Positions 38,482 through 48,653 of a stretch of 64,000 nt of DNA are shown here, piece after piece. Location of the stretch: the NCBI GenBank assembly GCA_964456135.1, contig CAYVZD010000002.1:16125-80124 (forward strand). The letters are read 5' to 3'. Both the position numbers and the translations under genes were made by a program. The stretch is from an uncultured Bifidobacterium sp. (GTDB lineage: Bacteria; Actinomycetota; Actinomycetes; S36-B12; UBA5976). Every line of letters begins with the position of its first letter. The stretch's first letter is position 1. The notes beneath the pieces were generated by a model that saw only the letters and a program-made list of their open reading frames with translations, ran no database searches and was not told where the DNA came from.

Positions 38482-39360
38482 ATGAAGATTGCTATTGCTG
38501 GTTCATCTGGACTAATTGGTACTGCACTTGTTGAATCCTTACGGGCAGACGGTCATGAGGTTATTCGGTTAGTAAGGCGCAAGTCCGTTGCTACATCTGA
38601 GGTCACCTGGGACCCAGCCAATAAACAAATCGATTTAGCAAGCCTTTCCGGTGTTGAAGTATTAATAAATTTGGCTGGTGCTGGAGTTGGTGATCAACGC
38701 TGGACAAAAAAATACAAAAAATTAATTCTTAGTTCGCGGGTGCAATCAACAAAAACTTTGGCAAATGCCGCACTAACTATTAAGCCAAAAGTTTTAATAA
38801 ACGCAAGTGCAATTGGCTTTTATGGCGACACTGGTAGCCGCGAAGTTAATGAAGATTCGGCTCCGGGCTCAGGTTTTCTAGCCGATGTGGTTAAAGCTTG
38901 GGAGGATGCTACTGCTGTTGCCAGTACTGCAGGAATTCGTGTAGTCAACTTAAGAACTGGCCTTGTCGTTAGTAGTCAAGGTGGTGCCTGGCAAAGATTG
39001 TTGCCAATTTTCAAACTGGGCTTAGGTGGAAAACTTGGAAATGGCAAGCAATACTGGTCGTTCATTTCACTTCGCGATGAAATCAATGCAATTAAATTCC
39101 TAATAGATAACCAAAATATTTCCGGACCGGTTAATTTAACCGCACCAAATCCAGTTACAAATCGTGAAGTCACTAAAGCGATGGCTCAAGTTTTAAAGCG
39201 ACCAGCACTCCTTAATGTTCCGGCAATCGCATTAAAAGTTGTGCTTGGTGAATTTTCGCAAGAGGTTTTAGGAAGCTGCCGAGTAATTCCAAAAAAGTTA
39301 ATGTCGGCTGGCTTTAAATTTTCTGATCCTGATATCGTAAGTGCTATAAAAACACTTTAA
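38482..39360 (+). CDS. TIGR01777-type NAD-dependent epimerase/dehydratase family protein (SDR with DUF1731 C-terminus)
   Basis: 292 aa with Rossmann motif IAGSSGLIG. It sits downstream of the E2 gene, as in other actinobacteria. Confidence 0.75.
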   Translation: MKIAIAGSSGLIGTALVESLRADGHEVIRLVRRKSVATSEVTWDPANKQIDLASLSGVEVLINLAGAGVGDQRWTKKYKKLILSSRVQSTKTLANAALTIKPKVLINASAIGFYGDTGSREVNEDSAPGSGFLADVVKAWEDATAVASTAGIRVVNLRTGLVVSSQGGAWQRLLPIFKLGLGGKLGNGKQYWSFISLRDEINAIKFLIDNQNISGPVNLTAPNPVTNREVTKAMAQVLKRPALLNVPAIALKVVLGEFSQEVLGSCRVIPKKLMSAGFKFSDPDIVSAIKTL

Positions 39361-39371
39361 CGAAATCGGAT

Positions 39372-40646
39372 TTGATGAATTCGCTACCCACCAAAGTTGA
39401 TATAGTCGTTGTCGGTGCCGGACTTGCTGGATTAGCTGCGGCCAGAAGATTATCGATCGCTGGAAAAAGCGTTTGCGTGGTAGAAGCCTCGGACGAAATT
39501 GGTGGTCGAGTTCGAACGGATTACCACGATGGGCTAATTCTCGATCGAGGTTTTCAGCTTTACAACCCCTCTTATGAAGAAGGGTTTCACATTTTAGATT
39601 TAAATTCCTTAAACCTTAGATCGTTAACGGCTGGGATCATTGTTTCAATTGACGGTCGTCAATATAAATTGGGTGATCCACGAAAAGAACCAACGTGGGC
39701 CGTTGATTCAATGTTGGCGCCTGTTGGTGCAATTTCTAGCAAAATAAAATTTGCGAAGTATGCAATAAAAAATGCATTTACTAAGCAAAAAGATGACAAA
39801 TTTGATCAACGCACAGATCAATTTTTAACCCGCCAGTTTGGCAAGGACCTAACACAAAAAGTGCTCAGGCCATTCTTAGCTGGCGTTTTTTTAGAAGATG
39901 AATTGGCTACTTCTAAGAGATTTTTTGATGTGGTGTTGAAAAATTTTGTTAAAGGCGTCCCTGGAGTACCAGACAACGGCATGTTTGAGATTCCAAAGCA
40001 ACTTGCCGCCCAGTTGCCGATCGGTTCAATTCAACTAAATACAACTGTGGCAAATATCTCGCCAGGATCTGTTCAAACATCGCAAGGAACAATTTCTTGT
40101 CGAGCCATTATCTTGGCAGCGAATGCTCGAAGTGCTGCCAAGTTATTGCCAAACCTTAAAGTTCCACCGAGTAATTCGGTAACTACCTGGTACCACTTAG
40201 CCGACTGTTCAGCTAAAGAATTAACTGAAGGTGCGGGAACTTTAATAGTTGATGGTAAACGCTACGCCTCCCACCAGGTTGATCCAAATAAACCAATTGT
40301 AAATACCGTGGCGATTTCAAATGCAGCACCAAGTTATGCCAGTGAAAATCGAGTCTTAGTATCGACTAGTGCTATTGGTGTGCATCACACTACTGCTGCC
40401 GAGGCAGCTGTGCGCCAACACTTGGCAACGCTTTATAAAGTTTCAACAACCACGTGGCAACACGTGGCAACTTATCCAATACCTGATGCATTGCCCGCAA
40501 TGTTGCCACCATTTAATTTGAGTAAACCAGCAAGACTGGGTGATGGAATTTATCTTGCTGGAGACTTCCGAGATGTTTCGTCCATTAATGGTGCATTTAG
40601 AAGTGGACGGATTGCCGCTGAGGCAGCAATTGCAGACAGTCTTTAG
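39372..40646 (+). CDS. FAD-dependent oxidoreductase (amine-oxidase / phytoene-desaturase superfamily)
   Basis: 424 aa with dinucleotide-binding motif VVVGAGLAGLAAARRL...VVEASDEIGGR and C-terminal YLAGDF. Confidence 0.75.
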   Translation: MMNSLPTKVDIVVVGAGLAGLAAARRLSIAGKSVCVVEASDEIGGRVRTDYHDGLILDRGFQLYNPSYEEGFHILDLNSLNLRSLTAGIIVSIDGRQYKLGDPRKEPTWAVDSMLAPVGAISSKIKFAKYAIKNAFTKQKDDKFDQRTDQFLTRQFGKDLTQKVLRPFLAGVFLEDELATSKRFFDVVLKNFVKGVPGVPDNGMFEIPKQLAAQLPIGSIQLNTTVANISPGSVQTSQGTISCRAIILAANARSAAKLLPNLKVPPSNSVTTWYHLADCSAKELTEGAGTLIVDGKRYASHQVDPNKPIVNTVAISNAAPSYASENRVLVSTSAIGVHHTTAAEAAVRQHLATLYKVSTTTWQHVATYPIPDALPAMLPPFNLSKPARLGDGIYLAGDFRDVSSINGAFRSGRIAAEAAIADSL

Positions 40647-41365
40647 CTAAGTTTTCCAACTGGTAGAACAGTTTCGACGACTTCGCCATTTATTTTTTCG
40701 ACTTTATAGGCTTTGGCATTTTGATCTGCCTTATCAATCACGACCTCAATTGGATCAATTCCTTGATAAATAATTCCAGCATGATCATCAGTTGCAAATG
40801 AGAGTGGCAAAGTCTCATTTTGCACTAACGACTGCAAAAGCGGCCGGCGCTGCGCTTCAGAGTCGTAATGGACTCCATTGCCCCAGGGCAGGAAACCAAG
40901 TGCATTTGTAACAGTCTCAAGTTTTGGACCAAATGAATCAGTTGGTCCACCAAAATGCCAACAAATTGAACCAGCACTTACTCCGCCAAGAACGACACCA
41001 CGTTCCCACGCATCTTTTGTCGCAAGATCAACACCGTGCAGACGCCAAACTGCAAGTAAGTTCGCAACCGATCCACCGCCAACCCAGACTAAGTCAGCTC
41101 GACCAAATGCCTCTTCGACTGGCACATTTGGCTGAGTAAATAATGCCAAATGCTCAGCGTCAACTGAAAGTTGCGATACCGCTTGGTACATCGTGGCCAA
41201 GTAATTCTTATCGTCACCACTTGCAGTTAAAACGAATAAAACTCTTGGACGAGATTTGCCCGTAAGTTCGAGTGCTCGCAGAAAAATATTTCCTGGAGTA
41301 ACGACTCCCCAACGATCTGTTTGATTAAACCCACCGCTGGATGCAACTACATAGCGATTTACCAT
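40643..41365 (-). CDS. S51-family peptidase (peptidase E / cyanophycinase-like)
   Basis: 240 aa with a class-I GATase-like fold pattern, WVGGGSVANLL, and candidate nucleophile context LGGVSAGSICW. Confidence 0.65.
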   Translation of the reverse strand: MVNRYVVASSGGFNQTDRWGVVTPGNIFLRALELTGKSRPRVLFVLTASGDDKNYLATMYQAVSQLSVDAEHLALFTQPNVPVEEAFGRADLVWVGGGSVANLLAVWRLHGVDLATKDAWERGVVLGGVSAGSICWHFGGPTDSFGPKLETVTNALGFLPWGNGVHYDSEAQRRPLLQSLVQNETLPLSFATDDHAGIIYQGIDPIEVVIDKADQNAKAYKVEKINGEVVETVLPVGKLS

Positions 41366-41378
41366 GACGCCCTAATGA

Positions 41379-43571
41379 TTAACTCTTAGCAGCAAGCTCT
41401 AGTGGGCCTTCAGATTTCCCGAGTTTACTTGGCCACCAAATCTTGGCACCGATGTCATGAGCTAGGGCAGGTACTAGCAAACTGCGCACGATTATGGTGT
41501 CTAGTAACACACCAAACGCAACGGCAAAGCCTAGTTGAACAATAAAGACCAAAGGCAATGTGCCAAGCACAGCGAATGTTGCTGCCAGAACCACACCTGC
41601 AGATGTAATTACCCCACCAGTTACGGTTAGCCCCTTCAAAATACCTTCGCGGGTGCCCAGTTTGATCGCTTCTTCTCGAACTCGCGTCATCAAGAAAATG
41701 TTGTAATCAATACCGAGAGCCACTAAGAACACGAAAGCAAATAGCGGGAACGATCCATCGGTGCCTGGAAAATCAAATAGGTATGTAAACACTAGATGTG
41801 AAATACCTAACGTGGCACCGAACGAAAGCACGGTTGTGACAATCAGAATTAGTGGCGCAAACAAACTACGCAACAAGAGTGCCAAGATCACGCCAATTAC
41901 CAACAGCGCTATCGGAATAATCAAATTACGATCCCGCATGTTTGCTTGCTGCAAGTCATAGTTGATGGCAGTTGAGCCACCGACAAGTGCATCCGGGCTT
42001 GCTTCTTTTGCAACCTGCCTAATAGTTGGAATGTAATCCTGTGCCTCAACTGAGTCCGCGGCTTTATCAAGAATTACCTCTAGTCGAGCAAATCCATCAA
42101 CATATTTAACTTCTGGAGCTGGGGCACCAACAATTGCTGGGCCAGTCAGAGTAGGTGTCACAGCTGATACGCCTTCAGTGCCAAGCAGCACATCAGTTAC
42201 TTTTTGCACATCGTCTTTAGGCACGATAACTAAAGTTGGATCGCCTTGACCAGCGGGGAAATGCTCAGAGAGTTTTTCAAGACCTACGACAGAATCTGGA
42301 TTTCCAATAAATGAATCTGTTTGCGCTAAACCGCGAGTATTCAATTGGGTCACGAATGCGAATGCAATTGAAAGCAAAATAGCAGTTGATACCCAGGTAC
42401 GACGCGGATGTGTACCAACGGTATTTGCAACTCGAGACCAAATACCAGTTAACTTCTCATCTACATCGTCGTGGTTTGGAATTCTTGGCCAGAAAATCCA
42501 GCGGCCAAATAAAACCAAAAGAGCAGGTAGCAAAGTAAGCATTACTAGTTGTGCTGCGACGATACCAATTGCCGAAACTGGACCAAGACCACGAACCTGA
42601 GCCAAATCAGACAAGGATAAGACCAATAAACCTGAAATAACAGTTAAACCGGAGGCCAAGATTGGCTCAAATACTCCACGCAAAGTTACTTTCATTGCAG
42701 TGGCACGACTTTCAAAATGGTGTAACTCTTCGCGATAACGAGCAATTAACAGCAAGGCATAGTCAGTAGCCGCACCAATCACCAACACCGACAAAATACT
42801 TTGTGATTGACCATCGACTTTAATTAAGTCATTGCTGGCCAATAGATAAACAACACCACCGCCAACTGAAAGTGCCAAGACCGCGCAAAACAGCGGAATA
42901 ATCCAAAGTACTGGTGATCGGTAAACAAATATCAAGATTGCCGCAACGAGACCAAGTGTTTTTAAAAGTAGCAAAGTGTCAATGTCGCCGAAACTTCCAA
43001 AAAGATCAGCCAGAATTCCACCGATACCTGTTACATGCGATTCAAAGCCATCTACTGCGTCAGCTTCGGCTCGAATTGTTTCAATCAAAACTGGTAATGC
43101 TGGCTCATTGTTTTCTAGTGGCGCAGCAATAACAGAATCATCAATCGGTATCGAAACTATTGCAGCCTTATTGTCTTGCGATGGGATCGGAAAAAGCGGA
43201 GTGCTGTCTGCCAAGAAATCACCAACGGTTTTACCACCACTATCAGGGACTTCTGCGTTAGGCAGCGCACCAACAAAAGTAGTTAAGTTTGCAATCGCAT
43301 TTGGATTAATGTCACCAGTGAAAATCACAATCGCTGGCAATAAAGATGTGTCATCCGAAACAAATTTGGCCGAAATTTCTCCAGCCTTTGTTGACTCGGC
43401 TGATCCGGGCAGGAATCCAGCGCTGTCATTTTCTTGAACGCTAGACAATTTTCCAAACAGTGGACCGGTTACTCCACTGATCGCAAGCCAAGCAACAATG
43501 GCAAGAATTGAAAACCATAAAGGTTTGCGTGCAGTTTTTTCGGTTTTCTGACGGCGGCCGTGTTTAGCCAT
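41379..43571 (-). CDS. MMPL/RND-superfamily membrane transporter
   Basis: 730 aa with two 6-TM bundles, each preceded by a large extracytoplasmic loop. MMPL-type motifs are present (GAATDYALLLIARYREE, ALGIDYNIFLMTRVREE). Confidence 0.85.
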   Translation of the reverse strand: MAKHGRRQKTEKTARKPLWFSILAIVAWLAISGVTGPLFGKLSSVQENDSAGFLPGSAESTKAGEISAKFVSDDTSLLPAIVIFTGDINPNAIANLTTFVGALPNAEVPDSGGKTVGDFLADSTPLFPIPSQDNKAAIVSIPIDDSVIAAPLENNEPALPVLIETIRAEADAVDGFESHVTGIGGILADLFGSFGDIDTLLLLKTLGLVAAILIFVYRSPVLWIIPLFCAVLALSVGGGVVYLLASNDLIKVDGQSQSILSVLVIGAATDYALLLIARYREELHHFESRATAMKVTLRGVFEPILASGLTVISGLLVLSLSDLAQVRGLGPVSAIGIVAAQLVMLTLLPALLVLFGRWIFWPRIPNHDDVDEKLTGIWSRVANTVGTHPRRTWVSTAILLSIAFAFVTQLNTRGLAQTDSFIGNPDSVVGLEKLSEHFPAGQGDPTLVIVPKDDVQKVTDVLLGTEGVSAVTPTLTGPAIVGAPAPEVKYVDGFARLEVILDKAADSVEAQDYIPTIRQVAKEASPDALVGGSTAINYDLQQANMRDRNLIIPIALLVIGVILALLLRSLFAPLILIVTTVLSFGATLGISHLVFTYLFDFPGTDGSFPLFAFVFLVALGIDYNIFLMTRVREEAIKLGTREGILKGLTVTGGVITSAGVVLAATFAVLGTLPLVFIVQLGFAVAFGVLLDTIIVRSLLVPALAHDIGAKIWWPSKLGKSEGPLELAAKS

Positions 43572-43691
43572 GGTTTGAAGTCCTTAGTGATTTATTGGAT
43601 TGCGATTAACCTTTAAATTCTAGTTGACCTTTAAAGTCAACGCAGCCTTGACCGGTGTGCGGGCCAATCAATGCCCAATTAGGCTTTAAAT

Positions 43692-44360
43692 ATGCCAGTG
43701 GTTATCGACAGCACAACACTTGGCAAGGTATTTCATAAGTACGACCAGATGTGGGCGCACCAACGACAGCTACATGAAAAGGTCGTTGCACGGATTGAGC
43801 CAGACACGATCCTGTTACTAGAACACGAACCTGTTTACACAGCAGGTCGGCGAACTGAAATCTTCGAACGACCGATCGATGGCACACCCGTTATAGATGT
43901 TGACCGTGGCGGAAAAATAACGTGGCACGGTCCAGGTCAATTGGTCGGATATCCGATTGTGCACTTACCTGCCGCCTTAGACGTAATTCCTCATGTCCGA
44001 CGTCTGGAAGAAGTAATTATCAAAACTTGTGCTGATTTTGGGTTGGCAACGACTCGAAAAAAGGGACGTAGTGGCGTTTGGCTTACCAACAATGAATTAG
44101 ACCGCAAAATTGCGGCAATTGGTGTGCGAGTTGCTCAGGGTGTCACAATGCATGGCTTTGCCTTGAACTGCAATAACGATTTGAGCTGGTTTGACCGAAT
44201 AGTTCCGTGTGGCATTTCGGATGCTGCGGTAACCACGTTAACCAAAGAGTTGGGTCGAGAAGTGACGCCCGTAGAGGTATTACCAGTTATCACTGCGTAT
44301 TTGCATGAAGTGTTTGATCCACTTGTTGATTCCAACAACCAACTAGTTAATTCCAACTAA
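43692..44360 (+). CDS. lipB: lipoyl(octanoyl) transferase
   Basis: 222 aa with [28 protein letters not shown] and AIGVRV...TMHGFALN. Confidence 0.9.
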   Translation: MPVVIDSTTLGKVFHKYDQMWAHQRQLHEKVVARIEPDTILLLEHEPVYTAGRRTEIFERPIDGTPVIDVDRGGKITWHGPGQLVGYPIVHLPAALDVIPHVRRLEEVIIKTCADFGLATTRKKGRSGVWLTNNELDRKIAAIGVRVAQGVTMHGFALNCNNDLSWFDRIVPCGISDAAVTTLTKELGREVTPVEVLPVITAYLHEVFDPLVDSNNQLVNSN

Positions 44361-44383
44361 GTTAATTTGATTAAGATTGAACT

Positions 44384-45337
44384 ATGTCTGATCCATTCAT
44401 AACTGCCGACCAAGGTACAGGTCCGCGGTTACTTCGGATTGAAGCTCGCAATGCTTCTGTTCCCATCGAGCGTAAGCCTGAATGGATTAAAACAAAATTA
44501 AAAACTGGTCCTGAGTACAACGAAATTATGGGCCTAGTTAAATCTGGTGGCTTGCACACAGTCTGCCAAGAAGCTGGTTGCCCAAATATTTACGAATGTT
44601 GGGAAGATCGCGAAGCAACTTTCTTAATTGGCGGCGATCAATGTACCCGTCGTTGTGACTTCTGCCAGATTGATACTGGCAAACCACTTCCCCTTGATCG
44701 TGATGAGCCGAGAAGAGTCGCTGAATCAGTTGCCACAATGCAATTAAAGTACGCAACAGTAACTGGTGTTGCTCGCGACGATTTAGCTGATGGCGGTGCC
44801 TGGCTTTACGCCGAAACAATTCGGGCAATACACGAAAAAGTTCCGGGTTGTGGTGTGGAAATGTTGGCTCCTGACTTCAATAACAAACCAGATTTGTTAA
44901 AAATTGTTTTTGATTCCAAACCCGAAGTTTTTGCCCACAACATTGAAACTGTGCCAAGAATTTTCAAGCGAATTCGCCCGGCATTTAACTATGAGCGCTC
45001 ATTATCGGTGATAACCCAAGCTAGAGATTATGGGTTGGTAACAAAATCTAACTTGATCCTTGGAATGGGCGAAGAAATTGATGAGGTTAAGCAAGCCCTT
45101 CGTGATCTCCATGCAGCAGGCTGCGACCTAGTTACCATCACGCAGTATTTACGGCCATCATTACGCCATCACCCCGTAAGTCGTTGGGTAAAGCCAGAAG
45201 AATTTGTTGAATTGGCCAATTTTGCAACTGAAATTGGCTTTGCTGGCGTTATGAGCGGGCCATTAGTTAGATCTTCATACCGAGCCGGTCGCCTTTATCA
45301 GCAAGCCATCGATGCCAGAAAGATAACCACCGTCTAA
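44384..45337 (+). CDS. lipA: lipoyl synthase
   Basis: 317 aa with the auxiliary cluster motif [12 protein letters not shown] and the radical-SAM motif CTRRCDFC. Confidence 0.95.
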   Translation: MSDPFITADQGTGPRLLRIEARNASVPIERKPEWIKTKLKTGPEYNEIMGLVKSGGLHTVCQEAGCPNIYECWEDREATFLIGGDQCTRRCDFCQIDTGKPLPLDRDEPRRVAESVATMQLKYATVTGVARDDLADGGAWLYAETIRAIHEKVPGCGVEMLAPDFNNKPDLLKIVFDSKPEVFAHNIETVPRIFKRIRPAFNYERSLSVITQARDYGLVTKSNLILGMGEEIDEVKQALRDLHAAGCDLVTITQYLRPSLRHHPVSRWVKPEEFVELANFATEIGFAGVMSGPLVRSSYRAGRLYQQAIDARKITTV

Positions 45338-45347
45338 AGTAAAAGGC

Positions 45348-46010
45348 ATGTCAGCAACTAATAGTGCCCCCAAAAAGAAACGCTGGTATCGCCAGATACT
45401 AGAAACTTATTCATTTGCTAAATCGGAAATCCCAGGTTTGTCTTTTAAGTTACTTGGGATTTTTGTCGGTGTCTTTGCAGCGTTATTGATTGTTGGCTTT
45501 TTAATCGACCAACCAATTTTCTTAGGAATAACTGGCTTCTCAATTGCCTTACTAGTGACTTTAATAGTTTTTGGTCGCTGGGCAGAACGTGCTGCATACC
45601 AATCAATCGAAGGTCAACTTGGCGCAGCCGGTTCTGTAGTAAGTGCAATGCGCGGGGCCTGGTTTGTGAGCGCAGGAATTGGTGCAGACAAATATCAAAA
45701 CATTGCGCACCGAGTTGTAGGTCGACCAGGAATTATTTTGGTTGGTGAAGGTAGTCGCCCTGGTGCATTACTTGCTGAGCAGCGCAAGGCGCACATGCGT
45801 TATGTCCCAAATGTGCCAATTCACGAATTAATTGTCGGTGAAGGTAACTTAACAATTTCGAATTTGCAAAAAACGATTAAAAAATTGCCAAAAGCGTTGC
45901 GCCCCGCAGAAGTTACCGATGTACGTCGCCGATTAGACGCGCTACCAAAAGTAGCTCTGCCAATTCCTAAAGGTCCAATGCCGCAAGGTAGAAAGATTCC
46001 GAGACGATAA
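45348..46010 (+). CDS. DUF4191-like membrane protein
   Basis: 220 aa with two N-terminal TM helices. It is conserved downstream of lipA in actinobacteria (call by synteny). Confidence 0.65.
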   Translation: MSATNSAPKKKRWYRQILETYSFAKSEIPGLSFKLLGIFVGVFAALLIVGFLIDQPIFLGITGFSIALLVTLIVFGRWAERAAYQSIEGQLGAAGSVVSAMRGAWFVSAGIGADKYQNIAHRVVGRPGIILVGEGSRPGALLAEQRKAHMRYVPNVPIHELIVGEGNLTISNLQKTIKKLPKALRPAEVTDVRRRLDALPKVALPIPKGPMPQGRKIPRR

Positions 46011-46231
46011 TGCAACAAATAACTGATTTTTTAAGTTCTCTGACCCCAACGCAGTGGATTATTGCCATTGTCGTGGCAGTAATGCTAGCTAAAAAGTTGA
46101 TCAAGCTTGCCATCGTTATTGGTTTAATTGCGTTTGTGGCATTCCCCTACATCAAAAGTTCAGGGTTACTTGATTTAAATTTAGATCCAAACAGTATTTT
46201 GCAGCAGGTGCTTAATCAGCTTGGTTTATAA
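46010..46231 (+). CDS. small membrane protein
   Basis: 73 aa with two TM helices. Its ATG overlaps the preceding stop codon (TAATG). Confidence 0.5.
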   Translation: MQQITDFLSSLTPTQWIIAIVVAVMLAKKLIKLAIVIGLIAFVAFPYIKSSGLLDLNLDPNSILQQVLNQLGL

Positions 46232-46239
46232 AATCCGCA

Positions 46240-46713
46240 TTAGCGGGTTTTTACTACAACTGATTTAACAGCTTTATCATGAAGGCCTCGGCCATCACGA
46301 TCCCAAATAACTGCGGGCAAGACCAGCGTTAGCAATACCGCGCGAATTAAAGTAGCCATAATCCCGAGCTTTTCTCCGGTGACTTTGCGCACGCCGATGC
46401 CGACAACCTGCTGGCCAAAACTAGCCCCTAGGGTGGTAGTCAATAGAAATACTTGACTGGCAAAAACAATTAACGCTGCTATCGAATATTCAGTACTTCC
46501 ATATTCAGCAGTCTGAAAAAATCCGCGCACAATTAACAAAGCGGATAACCAATCCAAAGTGATCGCCATGATTCGGCGTCCAAAAGTGGCTACTGAACCA
46601 ACCCCATGCTCTGGGATGCCAAGGCGCTGTCCGGGATAACCAAAACTGATTCCCTGTTGCTCAAGTGCTGCCCTTGGGCCAAGTAGCCACGAGCCAATGT
46701 CCTTGCGATCCAT
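46240..46713 (-). CDS. RDD-family membrane protein
   Basis: 157 aa with GRRIMAITLDWL and the C-terminal WDRDGRGLHDK motif typical of RDD domains. Confidence 0.7.
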   Translation of the reverse strand: MDRKDIGSWLLGPRAALEQQGISFGYPGQRLGIPEHGVGSVATFGRRIMAITLDWLSALLIVRGFFQTAEYGSTEYSIAALIVFASQVFLLTTTLGASFGQQVVGIGVRKVTGEKLGIMATLIRAVLLTLVLPAVIWDRDGRGLHDKAVKSVVVKTR

Positions 46714-46761
46714 AAGTAGTAAGCCTAATGAAATCTATGAAAGTGGCATCTGGGAAAGCCT

Positions 46762-46799
46762 GTAACAATCCTGAAACACGTGAGACACGGCTTTTTAAC
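46762..46799 (+). promoter_or_regulatory. GlnR-box-like repeat upstream of glnA
   Basis: The sequence GTAAC-n6-GAAAC-n6-GACAC-n6-TTAAC ends 81 nt before the glnA ATG. It resembles the actinomycete GlnR consensus gTnAc-n6-GaAAc-n6-GtnAC-n6-GAAAc. Confidence 0.4.
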
Positions 46800-46879
46800 C
46801 AATCGGCACTAGCGTCTGGATTAGTCGTTCGCGACCAAAAAATTAAACGAACCTTACGTAACTATTAGCTGGAGGATGG

Positions 46880-48325
46880 ATGTCCAACTTAGGTCTTAAC
46901 AACGCCCAAGATGTCCTTAAATACATAAAAGATAACAACGTCAAATTTGTTGACGTGAGATTTTGCGACTTACCTGGTGTGCAGCAACATTTCAACATGC
47001 CAGTTGAATCAGTCAACGAGGCTCTATTTACTGATGGTCAGATGTTCGACGGTTCTTCGATTCGTGGCTTCCAGTCAATTCATGAATCAGATATGAAATT
47101 AATTCCAGATCCAACAACAGCTTTTATCGATCCATTCCGTGAAGCAAAAACATTAGTAATGAATTTTTCAGTTCATGATCCGTTTACCGACGAACCTTAT
47201 AGCCGTGACCCACGCAACGTCGCTGCCAAAGCCCAGGCTTACTTAGCCTCAACTGGAATCGCGGACACTGCATTCTTTGCCCCTGAAGCAGAATTTTTCA
47301 TTTTCGATTCAGTGCGATTTAGTACAGCTTCAAACGAAGCGTTTTATCACATCGATTCAATCGAAGGTGCTTGGAATACCGGCAGTGAATTTAATGCAGA
47401 TGGTTCAGATAATCGTGGCTATAAAACTCCAACTAAAGGTGGCTACTTCCCTGTTTCTCCTACAGATCAGATGGCTGATCTGCGCGACTCAATTGTCACC
47501 AAACTTGGTGAAGTGGGCCTACTAGTAGAGCGTTCACATCATGAAGTTGGTAGCCCAGGTCAAATGGAAATTAACTATCGCTTTAACACTTTGCTAAAAG
47601 CAGCAGACGAAGTGATGTTGTTTAAGTACGTTGTTAAAAATCAAGCCTGGGCTCAAGGTAAAACAGCTACTTTTATGCCTAAGCCGATTTTTGGTGACAA
47701 TGGCTCAGGTATGCACGTACATCAATCACTTTGGAGTAACGGAAAGCCACTGTTCTTTGATGAACGTGGATATGGCGGTTTGTCTGACACGGCCCGCTGG
47801 TACATCGGTGGAATCTTGAAGCATGCCCCATCGCTACTTGCTTTCACAAACCCAACTGTTAACTCCTACCATCGCTTAGTACCTGGTTACGAAGCACCAG
47901 TTAACTTGGTTTACTCGCAACGAAATAGATCAGCTTGTATTCGAATTCCAATTACTGGAAGTAACCCGAAAGCCAAGCGCATCGAATTTCGTTGTCCAGA
48001 TCCATCTAGCAATCCATATCTAGCTTTTGCTGCATTACTAATGGCGGGATTAGATGGCATCAAGAACAAGATTGAACCTCATGCGCCTGTAGATAAGGAT
48101 CTTTACGAGTTGCCACCTGATGAAGCAGCTGACATTCCACAGGTTCCAAGTTCGTTGCCAGAAGTTCTAGCAGCGCTAGAAGCCGATCACGACTACTTGA
48201 TGGAAGGTGGCGTATTCACTCAGGACTTAATCGACACTTGGATCTCGTATAAGAGAACCGCTGAGGTTGATTACGTTCGACTACGTCCACATCCTGCTGA
48301 GTTTGAGTTGTACTACAACTTATAA
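46880..48325 (+). CDS. glnA: glutamine synthetase type I
   Basis: 481-aa GSI. It carries an adenylylation-site context ([10 protein letters not shown]) consistent with the glnE in this window. The RBS is GGAGGA. Confidence 0.95.
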   Translation: MSNLGLNNAQDVLKYIKDNNVKFVDVRFCDLPGVQQHFNMPVESVNEALFTDGQMFDGSSIRGFQSIHESDMKLIPDPTTAFIDPFREAKTLVMNFSVHDPFTDEPYSRDPRNVAAKAQAYLASTGIADTAFFAPEAEFFIFDSVRFSTASNEAFYHIDSIEGAWNTGSEFNADGSDNRGYKTPTKGGYFPVSPTDQMADLRDSIVTKLGEVGLLVERSHHEVGSPGQMEINYRFNTLLKAADEVMLFKYVVKNQAWAQGKTATFMPKPIFGDNGSGMHVHQSLWSNGKPLFFDERGYGGLSDTARWYIGGILKHAPSLLAFTNPTVNSYHRLVPGYEAPVNLVYSQRNRSACIRIPITGSNPKAKRIEFRCPDPSSNPYLAFAALLMAGLDGIKNKIEPHAPVDKDLYELPPDEAADIPQVPSSLPEVLAALEADHDYLMEGGVFTQDLIDTWISYKRTAEVDYVRLRPHPAEFELYYNL

Positions 48326-48335
48326 ATACACAAAC

Positions 48336-48370
48336 AAAAGGCTCTAGGCACCTGCCTAGAGCCTTTTGTT
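48336..48370 (+). terminator. rho-independent terminator after glnA
   Basis: GGCTCTAGG..CCTAGAGCC forms a GC-rich stem within the perfect inverted repeat AAAAGGCTCTAGGCA / TGCCTAGAGCCTTTT, followed by TTTTGTT. Confidence 0.85.
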
Positions 48371-48388
48371 ATTGGTTAGACTCAATTT

Positions 48389-48634
48389 ATGATCACAATG
48401 TATGGCGCAGAATGGTGCGGCGATTGCCGACGTTCTACTGCACTTCTAAATGAATTAGGCGTGGAATTTAACTACATCAACGTAGAAGAAGTTCCAGAGG
48501 CTGCTCAAAAAGTTGTCGAAATAAACGGTGGTGCACAATCGATTCCGGTAATCGTGTTTGAAGATGGCACTCACTTGACCGAGCCAAGTAACCCAGATTT
48601 ACGCAACAAGCTTGAGTCTCTTGGCATTATTTAA
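48389..48634 (+). CDS. glutaredoxin-like protein (actinobacterial mycoredoxin type)
   Basis: 81 aa with a thioredoxin fold and active site WCGDC, plus SIPV (cis-Pro loop). Confidence 0.75.
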   Translation: MITMYGAEWCGDCRRSTALLNELGVEFNYINVEEVPEAAQKVVEINGGAQSIPVIVFEDGTHLTEPSNPDLRNKLESLGII

Positions 48635-48653
48635 CTAATTTGGTTTACCCAAA

